From assembly GCF_009914755.1 (NCBI RefSeq), contig NC_060928.1: a stretch of DNA of 64,000 nucleotides; one strand, given 5' to 3'. Below the pieces are notes generated by a model. The model saw nothing but the letters and a program-made list of their open reading frames with translations, was not told the DNA's origin and made no database searches. The position numbers were made by a program, and so were the translations under genes. Positions 1 to 16,274 of the stretch are shown piece after piece; position 1 is the stretch's first letter; each line of letters begins with the position of its first letter. Origin of the DNA: the human T2T-CHM13v2.0 reference genome, Homo sapiens.

Positions 1-625
1 AAAGCCCTCTTTCTCTAAACATACACTTGCACACTCTTGACTTGTGTCAAATTCTGGTGTGTCTAACAGTGAACAAAGAAGCTTGGTTGCCACAGGCTGT
101 CAGCCAAGACCCTCCCAGGGGAACTTCAGGCCCAGGAGAAGGGAAAGCAGCTCTGTGGAATGGGTGCTCACTACTCTCCCTGAGCCATGGCTCGCCTGAG
201 ACTCACCTTCAACATGGCACTCCCAGCAACCAGAATCAAAAGACCACAACACAAAACTTATTGCTGTCTTTCCCCAGAGCAAAGCCCACTGCGTAGAACC
301 ATTGACAGAGATATTAACTCAGGCAAAATTAGATGCACCCCAGAGGCAGCCAGGAAGGGGCAGGGCTGGTACCAAAGGACAAGGGGTACTGGTGGAGGCT
401 TGAGAAGAGGAGAAGGGGGTGTTCCTGCTTCCCACCTGCCCCCTTCCTGGGGTTGTACATGTGTGTGTAGGAGTGAGCCTCCTTCTCCCCTGTGTTGCTT
501 TCAGAGCCACTCCTTGTTTTCTGGAGGACAAGGACACATTCCCTGCCAAATCTCCTTCGTTTGGTAAAGCTATACCCTAGGTACCTTTGGGTCAAGGAAA
601 AGAGATTCCTCATAAATTCATCTAA

Positions 626-979
<354 letters not shown>

Positions 980-1344
980 TAAATTTCTTAAAACTGATTC
1001 CACTCCTCACACTCAGATAATTGTATAGATTTTAGTTTATAGACCAAAAGGGGGCATAATTTTATATTTGTAAAAACTAACAAAATAGGTTGGCTTATAA
1101 ATATGTATTTCAGTTTATTTGACTAGCTAGAATATTTGTTATTTATTCTTCAAATGCAAAATGCCAAATTCATTTTTTAAAACAACAATAATAATGAAGT
1201 CCCGTGTGTGCCAGCCAGGGAGTGTGGGGGCTGGGTGGGGAGGGTGTGTTCACATGGTGGGGGGAGGCTTCTCTCCTGCAGCAGGCTCACCGGAGGTCCC
1301 AGGGCAGCCCTGCCCAAGCGTGACATACGTTAGAAAGAAACCAT

Positions 1345-1520
1345 TCCCATCATTCACAACTGTCTTGTGAGGTGGCTTAGACAAGTGTTGTTCTTATTTT
1401 ACAAATGAGGAAATTAAGGCTGGAGAGGTTAAAGGGCCTTTCCACGATCTCATGACTCATTATGGCTGGAAATAGAACGTGGCCGGTCCCCTGGCTTTTT
1501 CTGCTGCTTTCTCCGGGACT
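1345..1520 (-). mobile_element. MIR SINE remnant
   Basis: ttttacaaatgaggaaattaaggctggagaggttaa matches the reverse complement of the MIR core; ends approximate. Confidence 0.75.
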
Positions 1521-1829
1521 GGCAGCTATGACAGTTCTGCTTTGATATGGAGTGTGCCCCTCCACTTTTCTCCATCCCAAGGGACACATTTCCACGCAGT
1601 GAACATCAGTGCACACCAGGGACCCTTCTTCCTCACCAGCCAGCCCCAGATGAGTCCCCCTGATGAACTGATGCTCTGAGGAACGAGTGAGGGACCACAG
1701 TCAAAGATCATGCAGCAGGGAGGCAGGGTGAGAGGTGTTCATCCTCCGTGTTGCCAGACATGCCTGTACCCGGAAGACGGAATCAGATGCAGGGTTTCAA
1801 AGGGAGACAGATGCAAGAAGTCCATTCAG

Positions 1830-2019
1830 ATGCCTGTAGCTTCCATTCCATGCCTGCAGCTTCCCATTCGGATGCCTGCAGCTTCCCATCCCATGCCTGC
1901 AGCTTCCCATTCGGATGCCTGTAGCTTCCCATCCCATTCCTGCAGCTTCCCATCTCATGCCTGCAGCTTCCCATCCCATGCCTGTAGCTTCCCATCCCAT
2001 GCCTGCAGCTTCCCATTCT
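1830..2019. repeat. Minisatellite, about 9 units of 20-22 bp (ATGCCTGCAGCTTCCCATCCC)
   Basis: Tandem units read directly from the sequence. Confidence 0.97.
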
Positions 2020-2587
2020 CCAGTTTCTTACCCACCACTTGTTGCCGAGTGACCCAGACAAATCAATGACTCTCTCTACACTTCTGGGTCCTGGCCTGTC
2101 AAACTTAGAAACCAAGAAAACTCACCTTGCAGTGTCATCACAAGGGTGAACTGAGACAGAAGCACTTTGTAAACAGTAAACTGCTGTCACAATGTCACCA
2201 TTATTGTCGTTAGCTAGCTGGAGTGTGGGATATAAAAACAACAGATGGTTTCTGCTTCCTTCCGAGGAGATTACAATCTAGGAAGCACGTGCACTATATT
2301 CACATGAAAATATTTAAAGGTAGCCACGTTCCGGAAGAAAGGCATCATCCAAGATGTGCCTAATCTAAGTCTAATTTTCCTATAGATAATCATAAGACAG
2401 GAAGGGAGTATGTTCTCAGAGTGCCTACATCTAGATTCATGGTATCCTTGCTTTAAAGATGCTTCAAAACACTTCCTAGCAGAATCTCTTTTATGTTGCA
2501 GAGTCTTTCTCCCAAATTAATGGCCCAATGGATCACGGCCAGTGACAGGCCTTCTTCGTCTATCACATCTAATGTCACTTCATACCA

Positions 2588-3255
<668 letters not shown>

Positions 3256-5204
3256 AATTTACAGCACGTTTTCAGTGCCACTATATTATAAAAGCTTACA
3301 TGATACTTTCATAGGATAGAAAAGATATTAAATTATTAACACAATGAAAAAAAAAAAAAAACAAAAAAACCCCAGCACTATAGCCACAAAAATCACTCAG
3401 GAAAACATCTGCTTTGATTCATTGTACTACTCCCCATCACACTGACCAAGGCCTGTGGAGGTTTCCCTGTGGAGGTTTCTGTTTACCGCAACTGTGGCAC
3501 AGCCACCAGACCAGGGTCCAAACACAGCGTAAGTTTCACTGGCTGTGCTCTGGATTTGTTATGCCATTCTGGATAAATCATGCAAATTTGGAGGAATTTG
3601 GACTATTTCAAATGTTGCCCATTCTGAAATTGAGCAATCTCCAGTAGTATTTTATTGCTATTTTACATAGCATTATTTAAAATTTGCATGATTCAAATTT
3701 GCCTGAAATGTGAGTGTATTGTTCAAATGACAGCATCTTAACAGAGCAAACAGCATTCAAATGACCTCCATATCAGTGGAATAAAGGTGGGAACAACTGA
3801 CTTGCAGGGGGCTGGCTAATGGGGGAAGCACTTTTTGAAGGATGAACATTTTGAATATGTTGAATAAAAATACATTTTGAGTATGTTTGAATAGAGAGTG
3901 ATTTGGAATGTGCTGAATAGAAGACATATTCTAATTCTATAATATACCACTTCTTTGGTACCACTGGAAATGGCTCAATTTCAGAATCAATAGTTCTGAC
4001 TTCTGCACTTTAGAAAGGACTTTGGATGATTTCTTTTTTGAAAAGCTATGCCATTGTCATCCTATGGGTTTCACTCAGAGGCATGATAAACACCCAGGGT
4101 GGGGAATGAAGACACCCTCAAAGAGTAGGGAATTCTGCCTCAAATTCCTGAGGGCCCCAGAGTGGGATCTGCTTCGTCAAGCACAGCGCATGAATTATGC
4201 AATATTTTTCAATAACTAAAAGTAACCATTAATATCTGCCTGAAAGAAGCTTGACCTGGGAGTATTATCTTTGGTTGCCAGAGGATACATTCAATCCTTT
4301 TTGGTGTTTGTTTGAATAATGGAATAGACAGTTTAGGTTGCTTAGCTGAACACAGAGCACATTTTTATCCTGAAAGGGAAATTAGAAATCCTGACTTTAA
4401 AACAAAGACAGGATTCCTTCTCTGCTTGGATCAGCACATTAATCAGCTAATAAACAAATATTTATTAAGTTCCTGCAATGAAACCTTTGACTTTCCTGTG
4501 TAATAACTTTTGACAAATTCTCTAATATCCTGGCAAAGAAAATATTTTCTCTACCAAGTCATCTTAAAACATGTTTATTTTTCCATTTCATCTTTGAACA
4601 AACTAAAGGTGTTTCATTTTTTTGCCCCATAGAGATGGGTTATTCAATTACATGTCTCTTTCCAGTTCTAAGTTACACAGCCTTCGGTCAGCAAAACAAA
4701 TTTATTTTTCCATGTTGAAAAAGATAAACTCATAAGATAAGATCACCTACCTAATGGTTCCAAAATCTGATTTGTGCGTTAAAATCACATGGGGAAACTA
4801 TCGATGTATAATCAAATGCTAGCTAATTTGCCATTAGTCCAATTTCATTTTAGGGACCACTGACTTCATTTTACAGGCAGGGAAGTTGAAGGTAACACAA
4901 TTTGTGGCAGAGTTGGCCAAGAGACCCCAAATCTCCTCCCAGCTTACAGTCCTGTTTTCATTCTACTGAACCTTCCCTTACATGAAACAACTTCCAGGAT
5001 TAAAGAGATAAATATCTGTCAATGAAATTTTAAATGGATTTTTGGACATATCTCTTCTATTTGTTTCCCCTGAATTTCTACTTTCTATGAGTACATTGGA
5101 TGTCAAGTTCCTTAATAGCAAGAACCTTTATGAAAAGTGACCAACAGCACAAAATCCTATACTAAGTACTGGTCAGAACAAACTTCGAAGACACAGTTTC
5201 ATCC

Positions 5205-6070
5205 ATTAGGAGCTTATTTACTCAGCATTTACTGAAGGCTCACTCTGTGCATACTCTCTGCTAGGCCCTCTGGGGATATAAGAATTTTAAACAGATTTGC
5301 TTCAAAGGAACGCGCAGTCTCATCGAATAGAGAGGACCCAAACATACAAAAAGGTAACTTAACCAATTTGTGCAGTAATAGCTCTTGTCTCTGGGTGTTT
5401 TCGTTAAATTAGCTGCTGTAACCCCAAAAACTCCCAAATGTGTAGTAGAAATTCCTGATGGGTGGGTAGTTTTCCTCCAGGTGGTGACTCAGGGCTCCAG
5501 TCTCTTTCCATCTTTTAGCTCTCTCATCTTCAACACGTGGTTCCCGGGGCCATTGTGTTTTTTTGTATCAAGTTGATAGAAGGGACACAGCAGTGGGGAA
5601 TCTTTGGGAGGTGAATCATCTTCTTTCTTTTCTTTTACACTCTATTGGCACTATTTCACACTTAACTGCAAAGGAGGTGAGAGTGCAATGTGCTGTCCTC
5701 CTAGAAGAGAAAACGGAAATAGAAGAGAAACTCATTAGTTACCCTACAAGGGGCTTTGGTGTTCTTATCAGTAAAAGAGATCCTTGTGAATGCTCTAACA
5801 TTCTCTTCTAGGTGGGGCTTCCCTTGGGCCCCAGAGGACCCCATCTGGAGATCATTGTAGGCGAAAGGAAATCGTTCTGGAGATCATTCTAGGTTAAAGG
5901 AAAGAGTTGCGCAAAGAAGAGGAAGGGATGTCAAATAGCAGGCACGGCGAGCCTGAGGCCAGTGTTCAACTGGAATGGCAGGTGATGTGGAGAAATAGGC
6001 CCAAGGCTATATATATATTTGTTGGTGTTGGCTTGTGGTGGCCTTGAATACCAGGCTAAGGAATTTTACC
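5205..6070. mobile_element. Old L2 fragments with a probable MLT1 (MaLR) LTR remnant at about 5390-5740
   Basis: L2 3'-end-like ttatttactcagcatttactgaagg...ctaggccct; MLT1-like tagctgctgtaac; heavily diverged. Confidence 0.5.
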
Positions 6071-7429
6071 AACATTTTAGGATCAAACCAAAACTCGTTT
6101 AGACTTTATAAAGCTGGGCAAGGGCTTTTTAAGACCCAGCCCTAGTTTGCTCCTCTCTGGGCGCTGCTCAGTTCGTAGTATTGACTGCCAGCTTCTCAGA
6201 AGATAGCAGCAATGAATCTGGCAGCTGGAACGTGTCTCCGTCCTCTCTGCCTACCCCAGGAGATTGTGTCTGCACATGGCTGTTGTTGGACTCTGGGTGA
6301 GTTTTCAATTATTGGTTGACAGTGTTTTAAGAAGGTTACAGTCCATCAACAAGAGTGCTTGCTTCATGGTCCTCTCCTCGCTGAATCAGCTCTAAGGTGA
6401 CCCTCTGTTTGGGATCCTCCTTAACCACTAGGAAGCTCTCAGCTGAGTTTCCCATCCAACCTTGGTAGCTCTGCAAGGCCTTACAGCAAGTGTTCTGCAC
6501 ACTAATTTCCCCGGCCTCCTTTTCTTCTACTTTTCTTCTGATTTGTTTTTAACATCTTATTACAGCATAAAATTTTATAAACCAATACTTATAAATGTAA
6601 TAAATAAAAGCAAACAAATGCTAGCATACCATCTTGAAGCCTGTTCTAATGAAATACAATATGCATAGGTAAATATATAAAAATAAACGACATCGCTATT
6701 GAATCCAAAGAGAACTTGGCCAGCCTGTCTGCCCATGACGTTTTTTAACCCAAGTGAACCAGTAGCTGAGTTGGAATGTCAGGCTCTCTTCCTGGACTGT
6801 GTGGTGGCTGCCTTCCTAGACCATGGAACCACAAGGGACAGAGGTCTTAAATGGGTTCCCCTTTGAGGCCAGGCAATAGGACCTAACCTTACCAACAGAA
6901 TTACCATTAACACACACGTAAAAACGAATGTCTTCTTTTTTGTAGGATGGGGAGGGGCAGAGAGAGGATCATTTACAAAACAGATTAAGCACGGGAAAGC
7001 CTGTTTTTAAAAATAGTGTCATAATAGGGAAGTTCTTCCCTGAAAGCATGTGCACAGCCACTCTTGCTAATATGGTAACAAGATTCCACCCTTTCCTTCC
7101 TGAGACTAGGTCATGCAGAGAATTTAGTGAGTAGATATTTTCTGAGGATTCTTTTTGGCTCTTTCATGGGCCAGTCACGGTCCTGACATGGGTGACCACC
7201 CAGAGATGAATGTGAGGAGATGACACAGGATTCTCTGGCCAGATGGAATAGTGCTGGATGTATGCATGCATACCTGCCATTTCCACATGTATAGTGCTTT
7301 TTTTCTGATTATGCAAATAATGTATGCTTACTGTAAAAAAATTATGAAAAATGTAGAAAAGATAAAAACTATTCCTCACCCCATCTTCCAGAGACAAACT
7401 ATACTTCACACATCTCTTTCCTGCTTTTA

Positions 7430-7475
7430 TATATATACATATATCTCACCACAATGCACTATCATTTCCTGCATG

Positions 7476-7524
<49 letters not shown>
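7430..7524. repeat. Compound (TA)n(TG)n microsatellite
   Basis: tatatata...gtgtgtgt tract. Confidence 0.97.
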
Positions 7525-7526
<2 letters not shown>

Positions 7527-7872
7527 GAAAGAGATGTATTAAGATGTATTACAAATGTATAACATTGTATATGTCTTTTGTCATCTGCTTTTTTTGTATT
7601 CAATTTTATATCATGAGATCTTTGACCATCTCACTGAAAAATCTTGAAGGACATTATTGGTGAAGGCTGATAGAAATGGACCATGATTTCCCCAGCCGTC
7701 TCATGTTGCTGACCATTTCAGTTGTTTCCAGTTTTAAATGCAACAGGAGAGAGCGTCATGTCAGTAGCTAAGCTTCTGCAACACACCTAAAGGAAGCATG
7801 TTGCTGAGTGCCCTGCTCTGATCCCCTTGGAGAAACGCTGAGGACGGATTTGATTTCAAATACTGTAAATCA

Positions 7873-8174
7873 GGCCAGGTGTGGTGGCTCAGGCCTGTAA
7901 TCCCAGCACTTTGGGAGGCTGAGGTGGGTGGATCACCTGAGGTCAGAGTGTGAGACCAGCCTGGCCAACATGACGAAACCCCGTCTCTACTAAAAATATA
8001 AAAATTACCCAGGCATGATGGTGTGCCTCTGTAGTCCCAGCTACTTGAGAGGCTGAGGCATGAGAATCGCTTAAACCCTGTGAGGTGGAGGTTGCAATGA
8101 GCCGAGATCATGCCACTGCACTCCAGCCTGAGCGACAGAGCAAGACACTGACTCCAAAAAAAAAAAAAAAAAAA
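7873..8174 (+). mobile_element. Alu (AluS-type)
   Basis: Alu dimer with poly-A tail. Confidence 0.96.
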
Positions 8175-8239
8175 GCCACAGTATGGGTTTCTATGCACAT
8201 ATGGCAGCGAGCCCATTCATTGACTGTCAGGTAGCATCT

Positions 8240-8630
8240 ACATAAAATGGAATACTATTCAGCCTTTAAAAGGAATGCCATTTGGATATATTCTACACCG
8301 TGAATGAACCTTGAAAACATGCTAAGTGAAATAAGCCAAATACAAAAGGAAAAACATTATATGATTCCCTTTACCTGAGTATCTGAGATACCTAGAGTAG
8401 TCAAATTCAAAGAGAAAAAGTAGAGCAGAGGTCGCCAGGGGCTGCAGGGGTTGGGGGAAAGGGGAATATTGCTTAATGGGTACGGAGTTTGTGTTTGGAA
8501 TGATGAAATGTTCTGGAAATCAGTGGGGTAATGGTTGCACAACATCGTGAATGTGCTTACTGCCACTGAATTGTATACTTGAAAATGGCTAAAATGGTAA
8601 CTCTTATGTACATCTTTCCGCAATTTTAGA
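8240..8630 (+). mobile_element. L1M (L1MB-like) 3' UTR fragment
   Basis: atggaatactattcagcc...gaaccttgaaaacatgctaagtgaaataagcc...gatgaaatgttctggaa. Confidence 0.85.
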
Positions 8631-10639
8631 AAGCCACAATGAGGCAGAATTACAACACAGGAGGGTAAATACTAAGGTTCTGCCTAAAGGCTTGGTCCTC
8701 CTCGTGGCCTTGGATGACCTCATCCCCCTCGAGGGGGACGCCCGGGGACTTTCCCACCCTTCTGAACCCAGCCTTCTCATTCTCTGATTTTCATCCAGGC
8801 TCCCCTATTCCAGCACAGCCTCCATTTCCTCAGGTGTCTCGTAAGTTCACCCCCAACCTCTGAAGAGCTCCACCCCTCCTCACAGGGCAAGCTCACTCCT
8901 CGGTTCTTCTTCCCTTCCAGGGCTTCCATTCTTATCCCGAGTTTCCAGCTTCAGCCAGGTGCCCAGGGATGCTTGCTATGGCCGGATCCAAAGGCCAAGG
9001 CAAGAGGAAACAACGCAGCTCTCTGGGGACAAGGGTGGGCGGCATCTCCCAGTCGGGTTTCCTTTTCAGCATCTGCCGGGAGGGCTGCAGGCCGGCTGGG
9101 TATTTTCATAGCTGATCTACTCAAACAAACACATCTCCTAAAGACAAATGTTGGTTATGTTCTCTGAAGACACTACAGTTTAAATCCACATTGGGGAACT
9201 CCCCCACTAGCCAGGCACCTGTTCTGCCCTTGAAGTCGGCGGGTCCCCATCCCTGGGCAGAGGAGCTTTTGGTTTCTGACGTTGTCCTCCTGAGGCTGCT
9301 GGAATCACAGAAAGACCTCATTCCCCTTTAATGTCAGCTTTCCCATCCCCTGCGTGTGGTCTCAAGACCTTGGAGCTCTTTCTTATAACAGGTGGGTGGG
9401 GGCGGGGGGCAGGGGAGGGGTGACAGTTTCTTCTGTCATATAAACATAAAAACTTCAGCAACAGTGTCTGATTGTGTCAAAGCTGAGACCCAGATATGCT
9501 GGAATGTGGAGACAGAGACAGTCCTGGTGTGCTGGTGTGGGGGAGCTTAAGGGACATCAGACCAGCTGCTGAACCACACCCTTCATTTGCCAAAAGCTCC
9601 ATGGGGAGAAACGGGGATCCTGTCGAAAGCTTGCACATATTCTGACACATGCAGATATGTCTTATGGGCTTAGCAGGCCTGGACAGAGGCAGGGATTGAG
9701 CACGAGGTTGGCGAATGTCTGACTCCCCACAGGCGAAGAAGGAAGAAGGCTGAAGGAGCCACGCTCACAGCAGGACAGGAAGGCTGTGGGTGTCTGGAAA
9801 GCTGTGGGTGATGTGCCTTGATTGCCCCCGTGGTGGAGCCCAGCACTCCAGGAGGGAGAATACTTGTAAAGAATTAAATTAGAATGATTTGCCTGGGAGG
9901 TGGAGTCAGCAGCATAAGGAGACTGCTAAAAGGGCGAGAGCAGAGCGTAGTGAGAAGTTTCTATACAGGCTGGAGATCCCTGGAAGCTAGTGGTGGTGGA
10001 GTGAGAGAGGAGAGAACAGACACGTCAAAGGCCAGGGGCCGTCGCTGGTGGCTGGACTAGGTGAGCAGCTCAGTGTTAGGGGGGCAGGTGGCCTCCGTGG
10101 GAGAAGCTGAGGGCAGCAGGATGACCAGGGCCACAGGAAGCAGCTGGGTTATTTGCAGACAGCTCCCACCTGGGCTGCATCCATCACCCACGCACTATCT
10201 TATCCTCAGAGACGCAGGCCAAAAACGATGGCTTCTTTTCAGTGGCTACATTTTGAATCAGGTGATGCTTGATAAAAATGAAACATCCTGCTCTTCTTCA
10301 CCCGACCTGCCTTTTCACCTACCCAAACAAACAAAAGCAAAAATAAAACAAGACAATAATAGCAATGAGGCAGAGGAAAGACCGAGTCCCATCCTACAAG
10401 AAGGGAGGCCTCCGTCTCCCCACAGCCACTCCTATCACCCCAGATCATCACTGCCTGAATGCTGCCTTTACCATCTCAGCCCAAGACACTGTGTTCTTGA
10501 CATTTTAATCATTGGCATCATTATGTCATTTCTTTGGCAATCGAAAGCAATGTTCCTGCTCCTGTGTGGGTTTGAACAAACAGCCCAAGGGGAGAAATAA
10601 TGAATTCTCAAAGGAAAAAAAGTCTGTTTCTCATCTCAA

Positions 10640-10763
10640 GCACCTGGAAGGCTAAGGCGGGAGGATTGCTTGAGGTCAGGAGTCCGAGGCTGCAGTGAGC
10701 TATGTTCACACCACTGCACTCCAGCCTGGGTGACACAGTGAGACCCTGTCTCAAAAAAAAAAA
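10640..10763 (+). mobile_element. Alu monomer (FLAM-like)
   Basis: Single Alu arm with poly-A. Confidence 0.85.
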
Positions 10764-11756
10764 TCCTGTAAGCAATGAGACACACAAGGAGTAATCAGCA
10801 CACAGAGCCTTAGCACACACTCCAGCCTGCACACTCTGCAACGTTCTGCTCTTACCTCAGTGTCACAAGGTGTGGCTTGAGCAGCTCTTGCCCAGACAGA
10901 TAAAAAGCAGGTGTAACATAGTGACCCCAAGGGACCCAAGGGTGCCCATGGTTTGCAAGAGAGGAAAGAACAGAGAGAGCCTGAACATTCCCAGAATTGC
11001 ATTGCTCACTAGCCAAGCTGTGGCTTCCTTGACACATGTAGCTGGCATGGGCTCCGCCCACAAGCAGGCCTGGCTGAGCAGAAGGCAGCTTCCAGGAACT
11101 CCAGGGTACAGTTATTGTGTTGATCCAACAGGTGCCCAGGCCAACACCAACGTGGGGCCTGAAGCTGCCTGCCCACTCCTCTCTGGCCTCTCAACCCTGA
11201 CCAACAGCCACCCTCACAGCAGCATGGGCCAAAGGGTCATGGGACAAGCCACAAATGCAGTTGACACAGCCTGGGTACATCATGCACAGCAGGGTCCACT
11301 CTGTTCCACCATCAAAGACCCCTGCCTCCTAATTGGGCTTAAGAATGGGCAGGACGCACCTGTGCTTTAGTAGTGCAGCTCCCATAATGGCTGGATTGCC
11401 ACATGCTGGTATCTCAGTACAGCTGCCCAGGTGTCCTAAACATGTTTTAGTCATCTTTCTAGAGAAGGTAGAGACTATGGTTATAGTAACAGGAAAAGTA
11501 TGAAACAGGGGAAAGTACCAGGATGTCCCCTCATGGACTGTCACTACTGGCCGTCACTACAGAACTTTTATTCATTGTTTCATTGTTTTTAAAACGTGCG
11601 TATGTGCAAGGCCTCAGATCTTTCTGCTATGAGTCCCTCATCGTTGACTTGGGACCACAGACTTCGGCTAGAAAGCTCACTGTCATGCTGGATGAGGGCA
11701 TGGCTCAGGCACCGTGGCTTATCGTTTGGGCTGAGGACAGATGTAGCTTTCACTGA

Positions 11757-12017
<261 letters not shown>

Positions 12018-12051
12018 TAAAGAGAAATAGAGGGAAGAGCAGCTGCCATAG

Positions 12052-12695
<644 letters not shown>

Positions 12696-14509
12696 AGCTT
12701 AAGAGGATTTTGAAGGGGCTTTAGTGATTCCATGTTCCATGTGACCAAGAAATCACCATCAAAAATCGATATATGTTTTGTCGTAACAAGGAGATACACA
12801 AAGGGATAGCGACTACCTCTGCCTCAGGAGTCAGCAAATACTTCACTCAAGAACTGATCTTGAAGGATGGGTGAGAATTTTCTAGAATGAAAAAGATGGA
12901 TAGGTTCGTGTGTCTCAAAAGCAAGCCCAGGACAGATGCCAGTGGTTACGTTTTCACTGGTCTGAAAGGACATGAGAAAAATAAAGACCAGGTAGGAAGC
13001 TTTTCAAAAAGCTAAATTTATCCAATTGAAAGGAACTTAGGTTTCGGATGATGTACTTTCTACTTTTGGAGGGTTGCTGTTTTTCTTTCTCTTATGAAAT
13101 CAAGCTGAATATAGATGATACCATCTATGTTATCATTTACATTCTCTCTTACTTAGCCTAATAAAAACATCACGTTTCCCACATTTTTTAAAAAAGGTAC
13201 TGACCTTTGAAATGCAGAGGTCTGAGGGCTACCGTAGCACACTCTAAACTAAGGTGCTGGATGGTGCAGGCTGCCCCGCTGGGCAGGCCATGGTGCATGT
13301 GGAGAACTGGGAGGAAGCCAGGGTATGTGGAAGATGGGACAGAGCAGTGGTTTAGGGTTAGATGGAGGACGGTCTTTCATAGGGACCTTGGACTTCATTC
13401 TTTAGGAATGATTTGGGGTTTATAAATGAAGGAGAGAGCAGATTATATTTTACTGGAACCCAGGAAGATTAACTTTGGTTCCAGTAAAGTAGTGGACTGG
13501 AGAGAAAGAGATGAGACAAAAAGACCAAAACCACTGATGCAATTTTCCAGGGGTAAGACGAGGGCATTCATTATGATCAGTGGTGATACAGACAAGGAAA
13601 CCAAGCAAGATTCGAGAAACTCCTAGGACAGCATTGGCCTCAAAGACATTCGTGTGATGAATGCTTTAGAGCCCTGTCAACTCATAGACACAACCAACAT
13701 GTATATTGTGTTATACAACCAGGATATCTGAGGAGATCTCAGAGCTGAGTCTTAAAGACCGATTAGTCCTTCGGGCCTACAAATCCTAGTTCCTGAGCCA
13801 ACTCAAACAGTAAAGAGCACTGGGGTACCACCCGTTCTTAGTGCCACCTAAGAACATAGGCTTTTGGGTTCACTGGCCAGTACATGAATCTGACACTTTT
13901 AAAAATAGGAGATGACAGATTTAAAAGACTCTGGGGCAGGGGGAGGTCAGGCAATTTAAAAGAACAGAATGGATTTGCAAGTATAGATGAGAAACTACAA
14001 TGAACACTTGGCATCAGTGAGAGGGCTGCAATAGGGAATGATGGTGACTGCGGAAAACTCAAGCTCATGTGCCCTACCTAAAGGGGGTAGCTGCCATTCT
14101 ACACCAGCTAACTCTTGCCATATAGGAGTGGAACCAGATTTTTGAAATTTTGAACGAAGCTGGAAATCTGAATTTTTGTTCTCTGCTAGTTCAAGTTTTG
14201 AAACATAACAGCCACACCATGTGAGTTGAAACCAATTTTGTTGGCAAGCTGAATTTGTTCCACTGACCTCCAACCTTAGACCTTTGGCCCAGGAATTAGA
14301 TAACTATTAGGCTAATGCACAAGACCTCATACCAGAAAGAGAAACATGAAGATAGGTAGTGATAGAGGTGAGGTATGAATCATCTGTTAGAAGAAAGAAA
14401 AGAGTATGAGACATTTTTTAACTTACAATGAATAAATCGCTATTCATAATTCTCCACTTCTGTTACCAGAGGATGTAATAATGGGTTTTGGAAAATAGGC
14501 AGCACTTGT

Positions 14510-14700
14510 AACCATCAAGTGATGCCGTTGCCATTGTCACATTTGTCTTTCATAGTTGTTTCATACGAAGGAAGAACAGGTATTGTTATCCTCATTTGGC
14601 TGTTGAGAAAACGGAGGCATGGCAAGGCCTGCAGTTCCCTAAAATCACTGAGTGGTAGTGGCAGGGCTGAGTCTAGAACTTTGTCAACTATCACCACCTC
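14510..14700 (-). mobile_element. MIR remnant
   Basis: ggtattgttatcctcattt...gagaaaacggaggcatgg MIR core. Confidence 0.7.
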
Positions 14701-15497
14701 TGGCATCGGCCTACACAGCCACTTGTGAACAGGTCCTCTTAGAACAGGACATTTCAGCAGCTGCTGGTCTCTGAAAGTGCCAGAGAGCCTCAGCGCAAGG
14801 AGGCAAGGTGGGAGAGAAGTTGCAGAAAGCACCGCAGATGCTCCTGGCAATGCTCACCGTCCCACGCTTGCTCACGGCCCCAGCAGAGGCAGGACCGTGG
14901 ATACCAATCCAGGAGTGTGAAGAACAGCATCTCTTGTCTGCACAATCCCTCAGCGGCTCCGCTGGGGACTTTGCTGCACTCAGTTTTTCTCACCTGCAAC
15001 TTGTCAGACAGCATTCTCTTTTTGTCTTCATCGCTATTTTCATCAGAATTTGGAAGGAGCTATAGCTTATAAACACAAAATGGCAAAACAAAAAAATTTT
15101 AAAAAGAATTTGGAAGTGGCTGGATTTAGGACTGCTGGGTTGTTTCTTAGGTTCCTAACTTTGGGGTGACTTATTTTGAAAGTCACTTTATTGGGGCTAT
15201 TCCCAATACTTGCATTCACCTTTGCAGACTAGCTTGAAAACATATATAATATTTGGAAAATATGCATACACTTAAGCAACAATTTTTAAATGTACACTTG
15301 GGAAACTTGTATAAAATCTGAGAAATGAATAAAACGTCAAGGAGGCAGAATATTATAGTAGTTTGGAGTAGGGATGCCAGGGCATGGGTTTAAACCCTGG
15401 ATTTATCATCTTCTAGTTGGATGACCATGGAAACATACTTTCCTCCGGCTTCCAAATACATTCATCTATGTTATAATACCATTAGGAGGTTATATGA

Positions 15498-15945
15498 TGT
15501 ACAAGTAGGTTACCTGGGAAACAGACTGAATGGAAATTAGTCTGCAAGATTTTTACTGGGGGGTGCTTTTGGGATCTACTCCTTGTGGGGGAAGGCAAAG
15601 AAGCAAATTTGGACAGAGGGAGAAACTGGGTTGCAATTTAGTCTCATCAAAGGCCTCAGCTAACCCCATGAGAAGCTCTGAGCTTGTAGAACCTTTCAGA
15701 GTTATCCTGAGTTTGGATGAGGGGACCCTATCTTTAAATTCCCATGTGGATACAATGTCTTTGGGTACAAGCTGCCTCTGGGAAGGCAGTAAGTCTCAGG
15801 CAAAGTGGCTTCCTCCAGCCCAGAGCAACTCCTCAGGGGGACTGAGACTTGAGGGCTGTTTGCAGGCATCATGCCTGGCAGCTGGGGGAATAAGTCCTTC
15901 ATTCAGAAATGAAAAACTGGGCAATGCAACCTAGCTGTCACTACA
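15498..15945. mobile_element. Old ERVL-type LTR (LTR16-like), preceded by a MIR at about 15335-15495
   Basis: tgt...ctaca termini and LTR16-like ttacctgggaaacagactga...tttactggggg. Confidence 0.55.
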
Positions 15946-16274
15946 GTGAGACAATCTACACACCAGTCCACACACCATTTCACACACGCATGGAAGAATA
16001 GTAGAATCGACTGATGCATGATAACTTTCAAGTATTAAGGTCATTTCCTTACTTTCAAAGCACAAACAAAAATAGTGCATAATCAGAGAATAATGGAATC
16101 ATACAAGCTGGGAGGCATTTTAAGGTTTATCTCCTCCAATTGCTTTATTTAAAGATGAAGAACAGAAAAATTTAATGACTTGCCCTAGGTCACGGCAGAG
16201 TCTAGATTTAAATTCAGGCCATTGGGCTTCAAGTTCAGTGCCCCCTCCACCATATTACGATAAAACACATTGTA

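Noticed and set aside
1830-2019. Regular repeat array considered as a CRISPR
   Set aside because: No unique spacers, no cas genes, and primate genomic context.
5843-5905. Two-copy 32-bp duplication (similar small duplications at 33631-33672 and around 19960-20410)
   Set aside because: Ordinary slippage-type duplications with no further structure.
10061-11370. ORFs of 179 and 166 aa
   Set aside because: Non-ATG starts, no recognisable domain; the second overlaps probable old LTR sequence.
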